A stretch of 64,000 nt of DNA from Paludibacteraceae bacterium (lineage in GTDB: Bacteria; Bacteroidota; Bacteroidia; Bacteroidales; Paludibacteraceae): assembly GCA_017412245.1 (NCBI GenBank), contig JAFPYI010000023.1, positions 12,288-76,287 on the forward strand, given 5' to 3'. Below, piece after piece: positions 55,109 to 64,000 of this stretch. The translations under genes and the position numbers were made by a program. How positions within the stretch are numbered: the stretch's first letter is position 1; each line of letters begins with the position of its first letter. Under the pieces are notes generated by a model. The model did not search any database. It was not told the origin of the DNA and worked only from the letters and a program-made list of their open reading frames with translations.

Positions 55109-58100
55109 TTATGGTACTGCAATGAATTTGCCGGATTTAATCTTCTTCTTACCTTGTGAGTAGAAGGAGTAGAAATAAATCTGGTTTGGAAGAATATCAA
55201 TAATCAATCCTGAACGTTCATCAATTACTTTATTCAAGCGATCTTTATTATCTGCATCAGAGATAACTTCTACATCGTTCGGATCTGAAACCGGCACTGT
55301 AGCATTATAAAGCATATGTCCATTCTGATCATAGAGTACGATTGATACGTCTTTACGAATGGTAGCAGCGAGCAATTGGAACGTACCCGGTATGCGCTTC
55401 AGCAGAACATCGTTCTCTGTCGGCAGAAGAGCATCGTTCAATGTAGAAACTGCGAAGTAAATATAATATCTGCGTTCCGTACCATCTGCTGCGGTACAAA
55501 TGATTGTACAGGTATCACCGGCTGCAACCTCACGGATACTAACTTCAGCGTTTTCTGAATGTGGAATTGCATCTACTGCAGGCGGATTGATACCTTCCAT
55601 CAAGTAATAGGTATAGAAGGTCTCTTCCGGATCAAATCCACGAAGTGAATCCTCACCTAAGAAGATGGAAATCAAAGAGCAGTCATTATCTTTACCAATG
55701 ATTTGACGAATGATATAATTCAGTTCTGTCTCACCATCTTGTGCAATAACCTGAATAAAGATTACGCCGCTCTCGTCTACCCAAACTTTGCTAACAGCCA
55801 ATTCATCACTCAGGAGATACGTAATTGCATCTGCATCAAAGAAATCATCAGATGTCGAACCATAAGGCCATACATAATCATACTCAGTTACCTTGCTATC
55901 AAATCCCGGCAGCAGTACTTCATTCAAATAAATTGCCTTCAGAGTTGCATCATTATTCTTCACGAAGTGGAAGGTAAGCGAATACTCTGCTTGGTCTTCG
56001 CCATTAGGCGCGGTAACGAAGAGTGATACCTGAACATCTCCATTAGGCAATTCCGTTTCTATTCTCTCAACCGATTGTTGCGGATCTTCGAGTATAGTCT
56101 CAATTGCCGGAATTGGTTCGGCGTCCTCAGCATTGTAAGGAATATTGATAGTATATTCGTAATCTTTCGATCGGAAAGCAAAGATTGAAGTTGGTAATGT
56201 CGCACCACTATCGTCTGTGATGATAATGTCACGGAGCGTCGTGATGGATGACTTCTGACGGTCGAAGACAAGTGTATAGGTTTGCGTGTACTCTACATTT
56301 TCTGCGAATACTTCTACCAACACTGTATCTTCCAGCACTCGGATCTCATATGTCTGTGCATCTTCTTTCTTGACTACAGAGACAACAGGAACTGAAGCTT
56401 CCATGTCAATCTCTACCTTATAGTTGAAGCGTTCTGCGTCGTAGTTACTGATTGGTTTACCGCCTATCATAATCATATTCAGCGTTGCGTTGGTAGAGAG
56501 TTCTACAGGATAATGGATTGTGTATGTACGTGTTGCACCGGTTGCGGCTGTAACAGTGATAACCGATTTATATCCAAGTGATTTACCGCTCAGGGAGTCG
56601 GTTGCTTGAGTAACAGAGACCGTTTGATATTCATCTCCGGCGATGTACTCTACTTCTGGCGTCAATCCACTCAATCCACTTGCTTGCGCAGCAGAAAGTG
56701 TATACGAGTATTCGGTTTGTTCTGCATTGAAGCCCGGCAAAGCACGTTGGTCAATGTAAATCATCTGGAGTGTATCAATAGCCGATTTGCGGATTGTGTA
56801 AGAAACAGTATAAGTGCTCTTCTTTCCACTTTCGGCTGTCACATGAATCTGACGTATCATCGAATTTTCATTTGCCAACACTGTATCCATCGTGATGGTT
56901 TGCCATTGGTCTTTTTCTTCCCAACTAAGGTCCGGGAATACCTGTGTGCCTACTGCCAACGAATCATTGTAATAGAATGTATGTGGAGTAAAGTTCTCCA
57001 ATCCTACACCGTCGGCATAAATCATCATCAGGGTATCTGCATTGGATTGAGAATAATGGAATACCACTACATACGTACTGAGACGTGTCGTTGTGTCTTC
57101 TGCTTGCACTTTGATGGTAGCTTGCAGTTTATTGTAATCCATCTCAATCGGCAGAATAGTCTGAGAACTCTCTCCCTTTTGAGCAGCTACGTCAGGCAGT
57201 GAATGTACTCCTTCCGGAAGCGTGACTTGATAGAAGTAATAATCCGGGGTAAAGCCTTCTAATGGATCACCATCGAGGAAGATCATACTCAAATCGGCAT
57301 TCTTTGACAATGGTACTACGAAATGCAATGTATAGGTATTCGGTGTACCATCTACGGCTGTAACGTGCAACAGAACCGAGTTCGTCTGTTGCTCGATAAG
57401 TACACTCTGACCATTCATCTTCAGTTGTGCACTAACCTCAGGTAAAGTTGTTGTACCTGCCGGCAGAATAATGGTGTAATTGTTATTGCCTTCATCGTAA
57501 GTAAGGGTCGGGTTCAAAGCACGTTCGAAGTCCACAAAGTCCTTACCGTCAAGGGTAATATTCTTCAACTTGTTATCAGATGATTGGTTCTCAACGAAGA
57601 TCTCAATCTGGTAATCCGAAGTAGTAACATTATCCTCTGCCATTACATGCAACGTATAGATGTAATATTGGTCAGGTCTTACTTCTTCGCCTTTCTGAGT
57701 TACCGTCAAGAAACGGTCATCTGCCGCATAGTCGATTACCACTTCACGAGTCTTCAAAGAAACAGAATAGAAGTGACGGCCGGACTCGAAATGTTCAATT
57801 ACCTCACCATTAACAGTGATACCTGTCAAGTCTACACAATGGCTCGGTTCTGCTTCTACCTTCAGGTAATAATAGTTCTTATCATTACGATCTTCACTAT
57901 TAACCTCAATGGTAGTAGTCTCACCTAACAATCCCGGTTCAACCTCAATTGTCTGTCCTTCGTGTCCTGCAAGATAGGTTACAGAAGGCATCTTCGGTTG
58001 TGCTATCTTAATCGCCGGAGCAGGAATTGTAACCACATAATTCATGCTATCAGCACGGAAACCATTGACGAGCACACCGTCTAAGAAGAGTCCTGCTAAC

Positions 58101-61100
58101 GTAGCATCGTTGCTTTGCGGACGAACAACTTTAACTGTATAGGTTTTCTTAGTGCTACCATCAGCTGCTGTAACAATAGCTTGATACTCTACTCCACCTG
58201 CAATTTGGCTTTGTGTAATAGATATCGACTGTTCAGCCTCGGCTGCAATCATTTGAACCAATACCGTTCTGTCTGTCGTAACGGTATATTCATTGTATTC
58301 AGGATCGAAACCTTCCAGACTCTTACCGCCAACCAAAATATCACTCAAACGAGCGTTATTCGATTTTGTCGTAGGATAGTTATATACATACGTATGGTTC
58401 TCTGTTCCGTACACTTGCCACTCCATCTTCGTTTGTGATTGTACAAAGACGATTGAGTCACTATCATACTGACGTTTTACGAAGATTGCTTCTTCTGGTT
58501 TCTTGTCTGTACACTCATAAGTCTCTTTGCCTAACTTAGTGTAAACATTCGTACCGATAGAGAACTCATCTACCTTACCGGACGTAATGACTTCTTCCAT
58601 CGTGCGATTGATTGTATAAACGCGTTGGGTTGTTCCATCAACTGCAGTAACAGTAATAGTAGCACCCGTAGCATTGTATTTGAGTTCTGCTACTTGACCT
58701 AAATCTTTATCATCCACTGAACGTTGTTTAGCGAAGGAGAAGATAGGCATTTGTTCTGCCAAAACAGAATACTCTAATGTATTGGCATCGAAAGCAGGTG
58801 TCAACTCAATATTCGCGCCCTTAGCATCTTTTGCTGTAATCGAAGAGAGTGCAGCATTGTTCGATTTCGTCTCGCGGAAAGCATAAACGGTAGTAGCGGA
58901 ACTGCCATCTTCTGCTGTCACAACGACTTTGATATTCTTACCTACCTTCGTGATAGCGAAGTTCTGGTGAACAGATGCAGGAGTGATAGTCATATCCGGC
59001 ACTGCTTGCGTTGCGAACGGCAGGTTGACAAATGTAGTATCACCGGAGGCCGTCATTGGATATGTACCAAACGCAGCTGTGTACTCCAACGAGGTTACAG
59101 GATTACGATGGAGTACGACCGTATAAACGGTGTTGTCCAAGGAGTTCTCACCATAGTTGGTTACTTTCGCCTGAAGGTTACCATCAATCCATTCGCCGTT
59201 ATTGAGCCACTCAATAGTTTGTGTTTGGTCATGAACCTTTCCTACAAACTTCAGTTTGGGTGTACCAACATAATTATCATCTACATTGATAGTAAATGTA
59301 TTTCCGTTCTTGGTGGCCTCTACTCCGTCCACATACGCAGCGGTCAGTTCAGAGTTGTAGGCAAGGTGCATATTTTGGAGAAGAAGACGAGAACTTTGCG
59401 TATCATTTAAGCCTCCCATATCATTGATATTCTCCGTTGCGCAAGAGTTGAGCGTTGCATTGATTTGCGCCACATTACCAGAAGGATAATTCAGCGTAAT
59501 CGATCCATTCTTCAGTCCAGCTCCTTCGTTGTAGTTTTTGGAATACGAAGCTACAGATCCCAACGCAGAGCCATTACTCATCCACACTTTGATACTCCAC
59601 GTACTAATACCCGAAGCGCTCAGTGGATTATACTGGAAGGTCAAGAGCTCCGGTGTATTACGGAAACGAGCACCATTTGTAGCATTTACTGTAACAGAGG
59701 AAGAAGAGTTACATCCGAATAAACTACCATCTGCAACCGTTACACTCATATCACCGAGCGTCATCATTCCCGGGATGGAAGCACGGATTGCCGCTTGGCG
59801 GATAGTAGATAGCATTACTGCATTCTCTCCACTCTGCGACACTTCCAATCCGGAAGTATATGGGATAGGATATCCGGCAATTTTATAGGTGTGTCCTGAG
59901 GTTTTATCTGCCACTGTTACCCAGTCGGCAGAAGGTTTAGAACCAGTAGAACCAGCAGATACCCAAACACCAGAGAAGTCAAACGGATCTTTGTCATTCT
60001 CGTAGTACCAGCAGACGGAATAGGTCTCTCCGCCTTCTACAGTAAAGGTGATTTGTTTCTTCTTCGCATCAAGAGAAGAAGGCGTAACCGTCTTACCGTC
60101 GTATGCTACGTATGTAAAGTTTGCCACTGTAGGTTGGGTGGTAACGTTAATCATATAATTATATACATCCGGGCTCCATTTCGGTACAAGCGCACCATTG
60201 AACTTCAGTTCTTTCAGTTTGCCGGTAGTATCAAAAGCAGGCATCTGCGGAATAATCGTGTATACTGCATCTTCTTCTCCCTCACGGTTAGCCGCAGCGA
60301 TAACAGTAGCGCCACGACGAATTCCTCCGTTATAGAAGATTACTGTCTGCTCTTTGTAGTTCTTGTAAACCGAGTCAACGGTAAATGATTTCGAACCGAT
60401 AGGCAGGTCCACAATGTTTTCTCCCAGAGCAGGAGTAATAGTGCCTGTAATCGTTTCGTCGGCAGCGTTGACGTAACTATAATCTACCTTTGTGATGATA
60501 TTTGCTCCTTCCGGAGTAGCAATGCTATAACGGATGGAGTACGTGCGTGTATCGCCATTCTCGGCATGAACGATGAGTTTGGTAACGCCAGTAATCGGGG
60601 CGGAAATATAATCAACTGTTTGTACCGCCTCCGCTTTGGTGTATGCAATTTCGTAAGGCTCGGTAGTGCCGAACGGCAGGACGAAATTGAACTCCGTCTC
60701 ATTCACATCCTTCATATCACCATTGATCATCAACTCACCTAATCTTGTGTTAGTCGATTGCTCAACAGGGAAAGCGATTGTGTATTGCGCTTTCGTACCG
60801 TCCTGTGCCTCTACCTCAATCAAAGTCGTTCCGTTAGGACGGCTGAAATAAGTAGTGATTGTTTGGTTCTCTAATTGTGCCATAGGATAGATATTCGGCA
60901 CCACAGTAGTCCCCTTCGGCAGTGTAATGCTATAGTTGAAACTATCCGGACGGAAGCGATACAAACTCTCACCTTCAATCAAGATATCTGCCAACAGAGC
61001 ATTACCACTCTGTACGCGCGTATAATTAATATAATAGGTCTTCGTTGCACCGCTTTCGGCTGTAACCACTACTTGTTGGTGGTTTTCGTCAACAACGTAT

Positions 61101-64000
61101 GAAACAACGGTTTGACCTTCTTTAGCGGTTGCAATTACATCCGGCAGAACCGCACCTTCATCAATAGTGATGCTATAGTTCTCTTCTTCCGGATTGAATG
61201 CTATAGAATGACCTACAACCTCCAGATTAACAAGATTTACATCATTGTACGGAAGAATGCTGAACGCAATAGTATAGGTCTGACTGGTACCATCTTCAGC
61301 TGCTACAGAAATTCCCCATTTGCCGTCTTCCAACTGACCGAAGAAGACGATTTGGGTATTATCCTCTGCAATATACCCTACTTGCGGATAACTGCTACCT
61401 GCAGCCAGTGTGCTGTCGTAATTGAGAATCGTCGGATTGAACGAAGGCAATGGTGTTCCGTCTAACAAGATAGTTCTCAGACGTTTGTCGCCGGACAATT
61501 GACGACTAAAAGTAATACTATAAGCAGCTTTATTACCCATAGCATCTAGCACATGAATCCATGCTACCTCACCTTTCCACAGCAGAGAAACAGTTTGGTC
61601 TGCTGCACCTTTTTCCCATGTAACTTCAGGCAGAGCACCTGCGTACTGTTGAGTGTAATGCAAGGTGGCCGGTTGGAAACCTTCCAAATCATTTCCATCA
61701 AGGAAGATATTCTTCAATTGTGCGCTCTCGGCAGCCGCAGCAACAAACTCAATTCGATAGGTATTCGATGCGCCTTGCTCGGGCTGAACAAGAATATAGG
61801 CTGTTCCTACTGCGTAAGGAGCCGTGATAGTCACTTGTTGGCCTGCTTCTTTAGCTACTGTGATAAGAGGACAAGTAGCGGACTTTAATTCAACGGTATA
61901 ATTCAGCTCCTCTTTGTCAAAACCTTCCAACTCAACACCATCGAGGTAAATCATATCGAGGTAAGCATTCTTGGAAACCTGTATAATGAATGTAACTCTA
62001 TACTCCCGCTTATCACCGCTTTCGGCTGTAACGGTAATGATTTGTGTCTTGTCCTCCAACACGCTTAATACACGTTGCGAGTTCTCTGATTTCAAATAGG
62101 TTACATTAGGAATCGTGCTTACACCTGCCGGAAGAGTAATCTCATAATCGGTCGTACCCGGTGCAAAACCTTCTAATTCCTCGCCATCGATATAAATCAT
62201 CGCCAATGCAACGTTCGAGGAGGTTGCTACGGTGAAATGAATAATATATGTACGGCTGGCACCACTTTGTGGGCGAACGGTAATCTTATAATCACCACTC
62301 AATCCGGAAATGGAACGAACGCTAACGGTCTGGAAATCAGTGCTCTGCAACTCGTAGGTAACGCTCGGCAAAGCAGTGGTTCCTTGTGGCAGATTAACCG
62401 TATATTCGTTCGTCTCAGGTTCAAAGCCTTCAATCAGTGTGCCATCCAGATAAATTCCTTTCAAAGTATTGTCGGTGTAGGTCTGTACGGAGAAAGCAAT
62501 GACATAAATCGTCGTGCTTCCGTTACCTGCTGTAACCGTAATACGGGTCTTTCCGTTCACACCGCCCGGAGTGATATTTATCGACTGATACTCATCACCG
62601 GGAATAGGTTCAATCTCAGGCAGCTCAGTGGTTCCTACAGGCAATGCCCAGGTATAAGAAGTGCTATCTGCGCGGAAATCAGCAATAGCTTGTCCGCCAA
62701 TCTTAATGCCTTGGAGCATAGAATTCTCTGATTTCTCAGTCGATACAACAATCTTATAAACAGCTTGGTCGCCATTGCCGGCAGTAACAATAACACGGGT
62801 TGTCCCGTCTAAACCGGCAGGAACAATTTCTACACTTTGGAACTGATCACCTTTCTCGTAAGTAATCTCCGGCAGTTCGGTGGTTCCCAATGGCAGGTTG
62901 ACATAATAAGTCATCTGCGTAGGCTGGAAGTTATGAATCCAACCGCCTGCCATCTCTAAATTATTCAGATAGATATACGAGGAGGCCTCTAATTTGAAAT
63001 TCAGTTTATATACTTTAGCAACCGGATTTCCTTTCGTTGTCACACTGATACTATAAGTACCTCCATCGAGGACAGAAGGAGCGGTATAAACTATTGTCTG
63101 TTCGCCTTCTGCATAAGCGGAAACGGCTTGAACGGTTGGCATCTCGGTCGTTCCTACTGGCAGAGAAACCTTATAAATCGTCTGCGAAGGAGTGAAACCC
63201 GGTATAGGAGAACCGTTTACCAAGATATTTTGCAGCGTGTTATCCGTCAAATCGGCCACGGAGAAAGTAAGATTATACGTACTCTTTGCTTCGCCGTTTG
63301 CTGCAGTAACAACTATCGTCGCATTTCCGGTAGGGGAAGTAGGTTGAGTAATACTGATGGTTTGGTCGTCCTCCTGACCTTCTGCACCTACTACAGGAGC
63401 GGTCGTTGTTCCATAAGGCAGAGCCACATTTGGATAGTTGTATTTAGCAGGGCTAAAACCAACCATCGGCTCGCCGTTGATGGTAATTCCAGCTAATTTA
63501 GAGTTCGAACTCTTAGCTTTAACGAATTGAATCTTGTAAACCATCGTTTTCTTGCCATCCTCTGATTTGACGGTAATGGTCGTAGGAGTGCTGACAAGGT
63601 CGCCGTTTACTACGGTTATCTCACTTCCGCTCAATGTACGTCCTGGGAAAGGAACGGTTGTGCCGTGAGCATTGGTTATCGAACCTGCGCCACGGATAGC
63701 TTCGATAGTGGGGATCTCCGTAGCACTCTCGCCCAGCGCATAGACCTGCACATCCGTGCTGTTGGAGTCAAAGCCTTTCCACTCCTTACCGCCGACGTAG
63801 AGTTTTTGGATGGAAGCCGAATAAATCAGTTCTACGTCATCGACGTAGAGCGAGTTGCCCTCGTACAGACCATCGTTGGCGCGGAAGTTAGGATAGTTGG
63901 AAGCCGAGAAGATGATATTCATCATCGTGGGCACCGTGTTGTTTATATAATAAATAGGAACGCGTATGTTGGTCCACGAGCTATAAGTCTTTTTCTCTCG
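55109..64000 (-). CDS. giant cell-surface protein: PCMD-like domain + cadherin-like beta-sandwich repeats + second PCMD-like domain + more repeats + T9SS C-terminal sorting domain (5' end outside the window)
   Basis: The frame is open from 64000 to the stop at 55109, more than 2,960 codons. Hand translation upstream of the track start 63934 continues REKKTYSSWTNIRVPIYYINNTV.. without a stop. I counted about 28 repeats of about 85 aa by eye, using the conserved end ..G.....Y.[IVL].[FVY] preceded by L..I.[LV].G..[LI].GF.P....Y. The C-terminus VSIVLYDQNGHMLY...IYFYSFYSQGKKKIKSGKFIAVP is typical of a T9SS type A CTD. Confidence 0.85.
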   Translation of the reverse strand, partial: REKKTYSSWTNIRVPIYYINNTVPTMMNIIFSASNYPNFRANDGLYEGNSLYVDDVELIYSASIQKLYVGGKEWKGFDSNSTDVQVYALGESATEIPTIEAIRGAGSITNAHGTTVPFPGRTLSGSEITVVNGDLVSTPTTITVKSEDGKKTMVYKIQFVKAKSSNSKLAGITINGEPMVGFSPAKYNYPNVALPYGTTTAPVVGAEGQEDDQTISITQPTSPTGNATIVVTAANGEAKSTYNLTFSVADLTDNTLQNILVNGSPIPGFTPSQTIYKVSLPVGTTEMPTVQAVSAYAEGEQTIVYTAPSVLDGGTYSISVTTKGNPVAKVYKLNFKLEASSYIYLNNLEMAGGWIHNFQPTQMTYYVNLPLGTTELPEITYEKGDQFQSVEIVPAGLDGTTRVIVTAGNGDQAVYKIVVSTEKSENSMLQGIKIGGQAIADFRADSTSYTWALPVGTTELPEIEPIPGDEYQSINITPGGVNGKTRITVTAGNGSTTIYVIAFSVQTYTDNTLKGIYLDGTLIEGFEPETNEYTVNLPQGTTALPSVTYELQSTDFQTVSVRSISGLSGDYKITVRPQSGASRTYIIHFTVATSSNVALAMIYIDGEELEGFAPGTTDYEITLPAGVSTIPNVTYLKSENSQRVLSVLEDKTQIITVTAESGDKREYRVTFIIQVSKNAYLDMIYLDGVELEGFDKEELNYTVELKSATCPLITVAKEAGQQVTITAPYAVGTAYILVQPEQGASNTYRIEFVAAAAESAQLKNIFLDGNDLEGFQPATLHYTQQYAGALPEVTWEKGAADQTVSLLWKGEVAWIHVLDAMGNKAAYSITFSRQLSGDKRLRTILLDGTPLPSFNPTILNYDSTLAAGSSYPQVGYIAEDNTQIVFFGQLEDGKWGISVAAEDGTSQTYTIAFSILPYNDVNLVNLEVVGHSIAFNPEEENYSITIDEGAVLPDVIATAKEGQTVVSYVVDENHQQVVVTAESGATKTYYINYTRVQSGNALLADILIEGESLYRFRPDSFNYSITLPKGTTVVPNIYPMAQLENQTITTYFSRPNGTTLIEVEAQDGTKAQYTIAFPVEQSTNTRLGELMINGDMKDVNETEFNFVLPFGTTEPYEIAYTKAEAVQTVDYISAPITGVTKLIVHAENGDTRTYSIRYSIATPEGANIITKVDYSYVNAADETITGTITPALGENIVDLPIGSKSFTVDSVYKNYKEQTVIFYNGGIRRGATVIAAANREGEEDAVYTIIPQMPAFDTTGKLKELKFNGALVPKWSPDVYNYMINVTTQPTVANFTYVAYDGKTVTPSSLDAKKKQITFTVEGGETYSVCWYYENDKDPFDFSGVWVSAGSTGSKPSADWVTVADKTSGHTYKIAGYPIPYTSGLEVSQSGENAVMLSTIRQAAIRASIPGMMTLGDMSVTVADGSLFGCNSSSSVTVNATNGARFRNTPELLTFQYNPLSASGISTWSIKVWMSNGSALGSVASYSKNYNEGAGLKNGSITLNYPSGNVAQINATLNSCATENINDMGGLNDTQSSRLLLQNMHLAYNSELTAAYVDGVEATKNGNTFTINVDDNYVGTPKLKFVGKVHDQTQTIEWLNNGEWIDGNLQAKVTNYGENSLDNTVYTVVLHRNPVTSLEYTAAFGTYPMTASGDTTFVNLPFATQAVPDMTITPASVHQNFAITKVGKNIKVVVTAEDGSSATTVYAFRETKSNNAALSSITAKDAKGANIELTPAFDANTLEYSVLAEQMPIFSFAKQRSVDDKDLGQVAELKYNATGATITVTAVDGTTQRVYTINRTMEEVITSGKVDEFSIGTNVYTKLGKETYECTDKKPEEAIFVKRQYDSDSIVFVQSQTKMEWQVYGTENHTYVYNYPTTKSNNARLSDILVGGKSLEGFDPEYNEYTVTTDRTVLVQMIAAEAEQSISITQSQIAGGVEYQAIVTAADGSTKKTYTVKVVRPQSNDATLAGLFLDGVLVNGFRADSMNYVVTIPAPAIKIAQPKMPSVTYLAGHEGQTIEVEPGLLGETTTIEVNSEDRNDKNYYYLKVEAEPSHCVDLTGITVNGEVIEHFESGRHFYSVSLKTREVVIDYAADDRFLTVTQKGEEVRPDQYYIYTLHVMAEDNVTTSDYQIEIFVENQSSDNKLKNITLDGKDFVDFERALNPTLTYDEGNNNYTIILPAGTTTLPEVSAQLKMNGQSVLIEQQTNSVLLHVTAVDGTPNTYTLHFVVPLSKNADLSMIFLDGDPLEGFTPDYYFYQVTLPEGVHSLPDVAAQKGESSQTILPIEMDYNKLQATIKVQAEDTTTRLSTYVVVFHYSQSNADTLMMIYADGVGLENFTPHTFYYNDSLAVGTQVFPDLSWEEKDQWQTITMDTVLANENSMIRQIHVTAESGKKSTYTVSYTIRKSAIDTLQMIYIDQRALPGFNAEQTEYSYTLSAAQASGLSGLTPEVEYIAGDEYQTVSVTQATDSLSGKSLGYKSVITVTAATGATRTYTIHYPVELSTNATLNMIMIGGKPISNYDAERFNYKVEIDMEASVPVVSVVKKEDAQTYEIRVLEDTVLVEVFAENVEYTQTYTLVFDRQKSSITTLRDIIITDDSGATLPTSIFAFRSKDYEYTINIPYNAEDAEPIPAIETILEDPQQSVERIETELPNGDVQVSLFVTAPNGEDQAEYSLTFHFVKNNDATLKAIYLNEVLLPGFDSKVTEYDYVWPYGSTSDDFFDADAITYLLSDELAVSKVWVDESGVIFIQVIAQDGETELNYIIRQIIGKDNDCSLISIFLGEDSLRGFDPEETFYTYYLMEGINPPAVDAIPHSENAEVSIREVAAGDTCTIICTAADGTERRYYIYFAVSTLNDALLPTENDVLLKRIPGTFQLLAATIRKDVSIVLYDQNGHMLYNATVPVSDPNDVEVISDADNKDRLNKVIDERSGLIIDILPNQIYFYSFYSQGKKKIKSGKFIAVP

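Noticed and set aside
1-64000. Search for defence islands, prophage or ICE genes, integrases, transposases, reverse transcriptase/DGR, toxin-antitoxin pairs and invertible promoters with flanking inverted repeats.
   Set aside because: None of the translated ORFs shows the hallmark motifs, and every large ORF is explained by housekeeping, envelope or glycan functions. Absence is judged by eye only and should be confirmed with HMM-based tools.

Overview
This window looks like a chromosomal segment of a Bacteroidota genome, order Bacteroidales. The TAnnTTTG/TTTG promoters, the SusC/SusD pair and the T9SS-type C-terminal tails fit that call, and it looks most like Prevotellaceae. Nearly all of it is coding and I saw no obvious pseudogenes.

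Gene content, left to right:
- Minus strand: mltG, mutS, a TonB-dependent receptor, engB, cstA and a hemolysin-III/PAQR protein.
- Plus strand: a galK-galM-GH2 galactoside operon.
- Minus strand: a PUL-like operon of MFS symporter, lipoprotein, SusC, SusD and a CBM-repeat protein.
- Plus strand: a 19 kb co-directional gene train of recQ, rimO, HU, an HU-fold/LysM membrane protein, uvrA, a CapD-like dehydratase, a WecA-like transferase, an ABC-F ATPase, a deacetylase-like protein, two glycosyltransferases, a beta-helix protein and a BspA-type LRR protein.
- Minus strand: an operon of LysM-glucosaminidase, DUF721/DciA-like protein, mutS2, an OM barrel and a metallophosphoesterase.
- Plus strand: a small lipoprotein, a DAHP synthase-chorismate mutase fusion, a DUF5686-like receptor and an OM barrel.
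- Minus strand: GtrA plus a CDP-alcohol phosphatidyltransferase.
- Minus strand: an open-ended gene of more than 2,960 codons for a cadherin-like-repeat T9SS surface protein.

I recognised no integrase, transposase, cas, reverse transcriptase or toxin-antitoxin gene.

The most unusual signal is a family of short elements (about 50-65 bp) built from 11-bp-phased TCGA units. Five clear copies and one divergent copy are present. Three sit in frame inside otherwise conserved genes (ABC-F, DAHP synthase/chorismate mutase, HU-LysM). The consensus unit has no stop codon in any of the six frames, and it encodes the same hydrophilic 11-mer in every forward frame.

Other points of interest:
- Two identical 48-bp symmetric bidirectional promoter modules, each centred on a perfect 16-bp palindrome.
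- A second PCMD-like module in the middle of the giant adhesin.
- A DAHP synthase whose conserved N-terminus lies upstream of any canonical start codon.
- A UvrA that lacks the zinc-module-1 ligands.

All coordinates of short motifs were counted by hand. No database search or statistics were possible.
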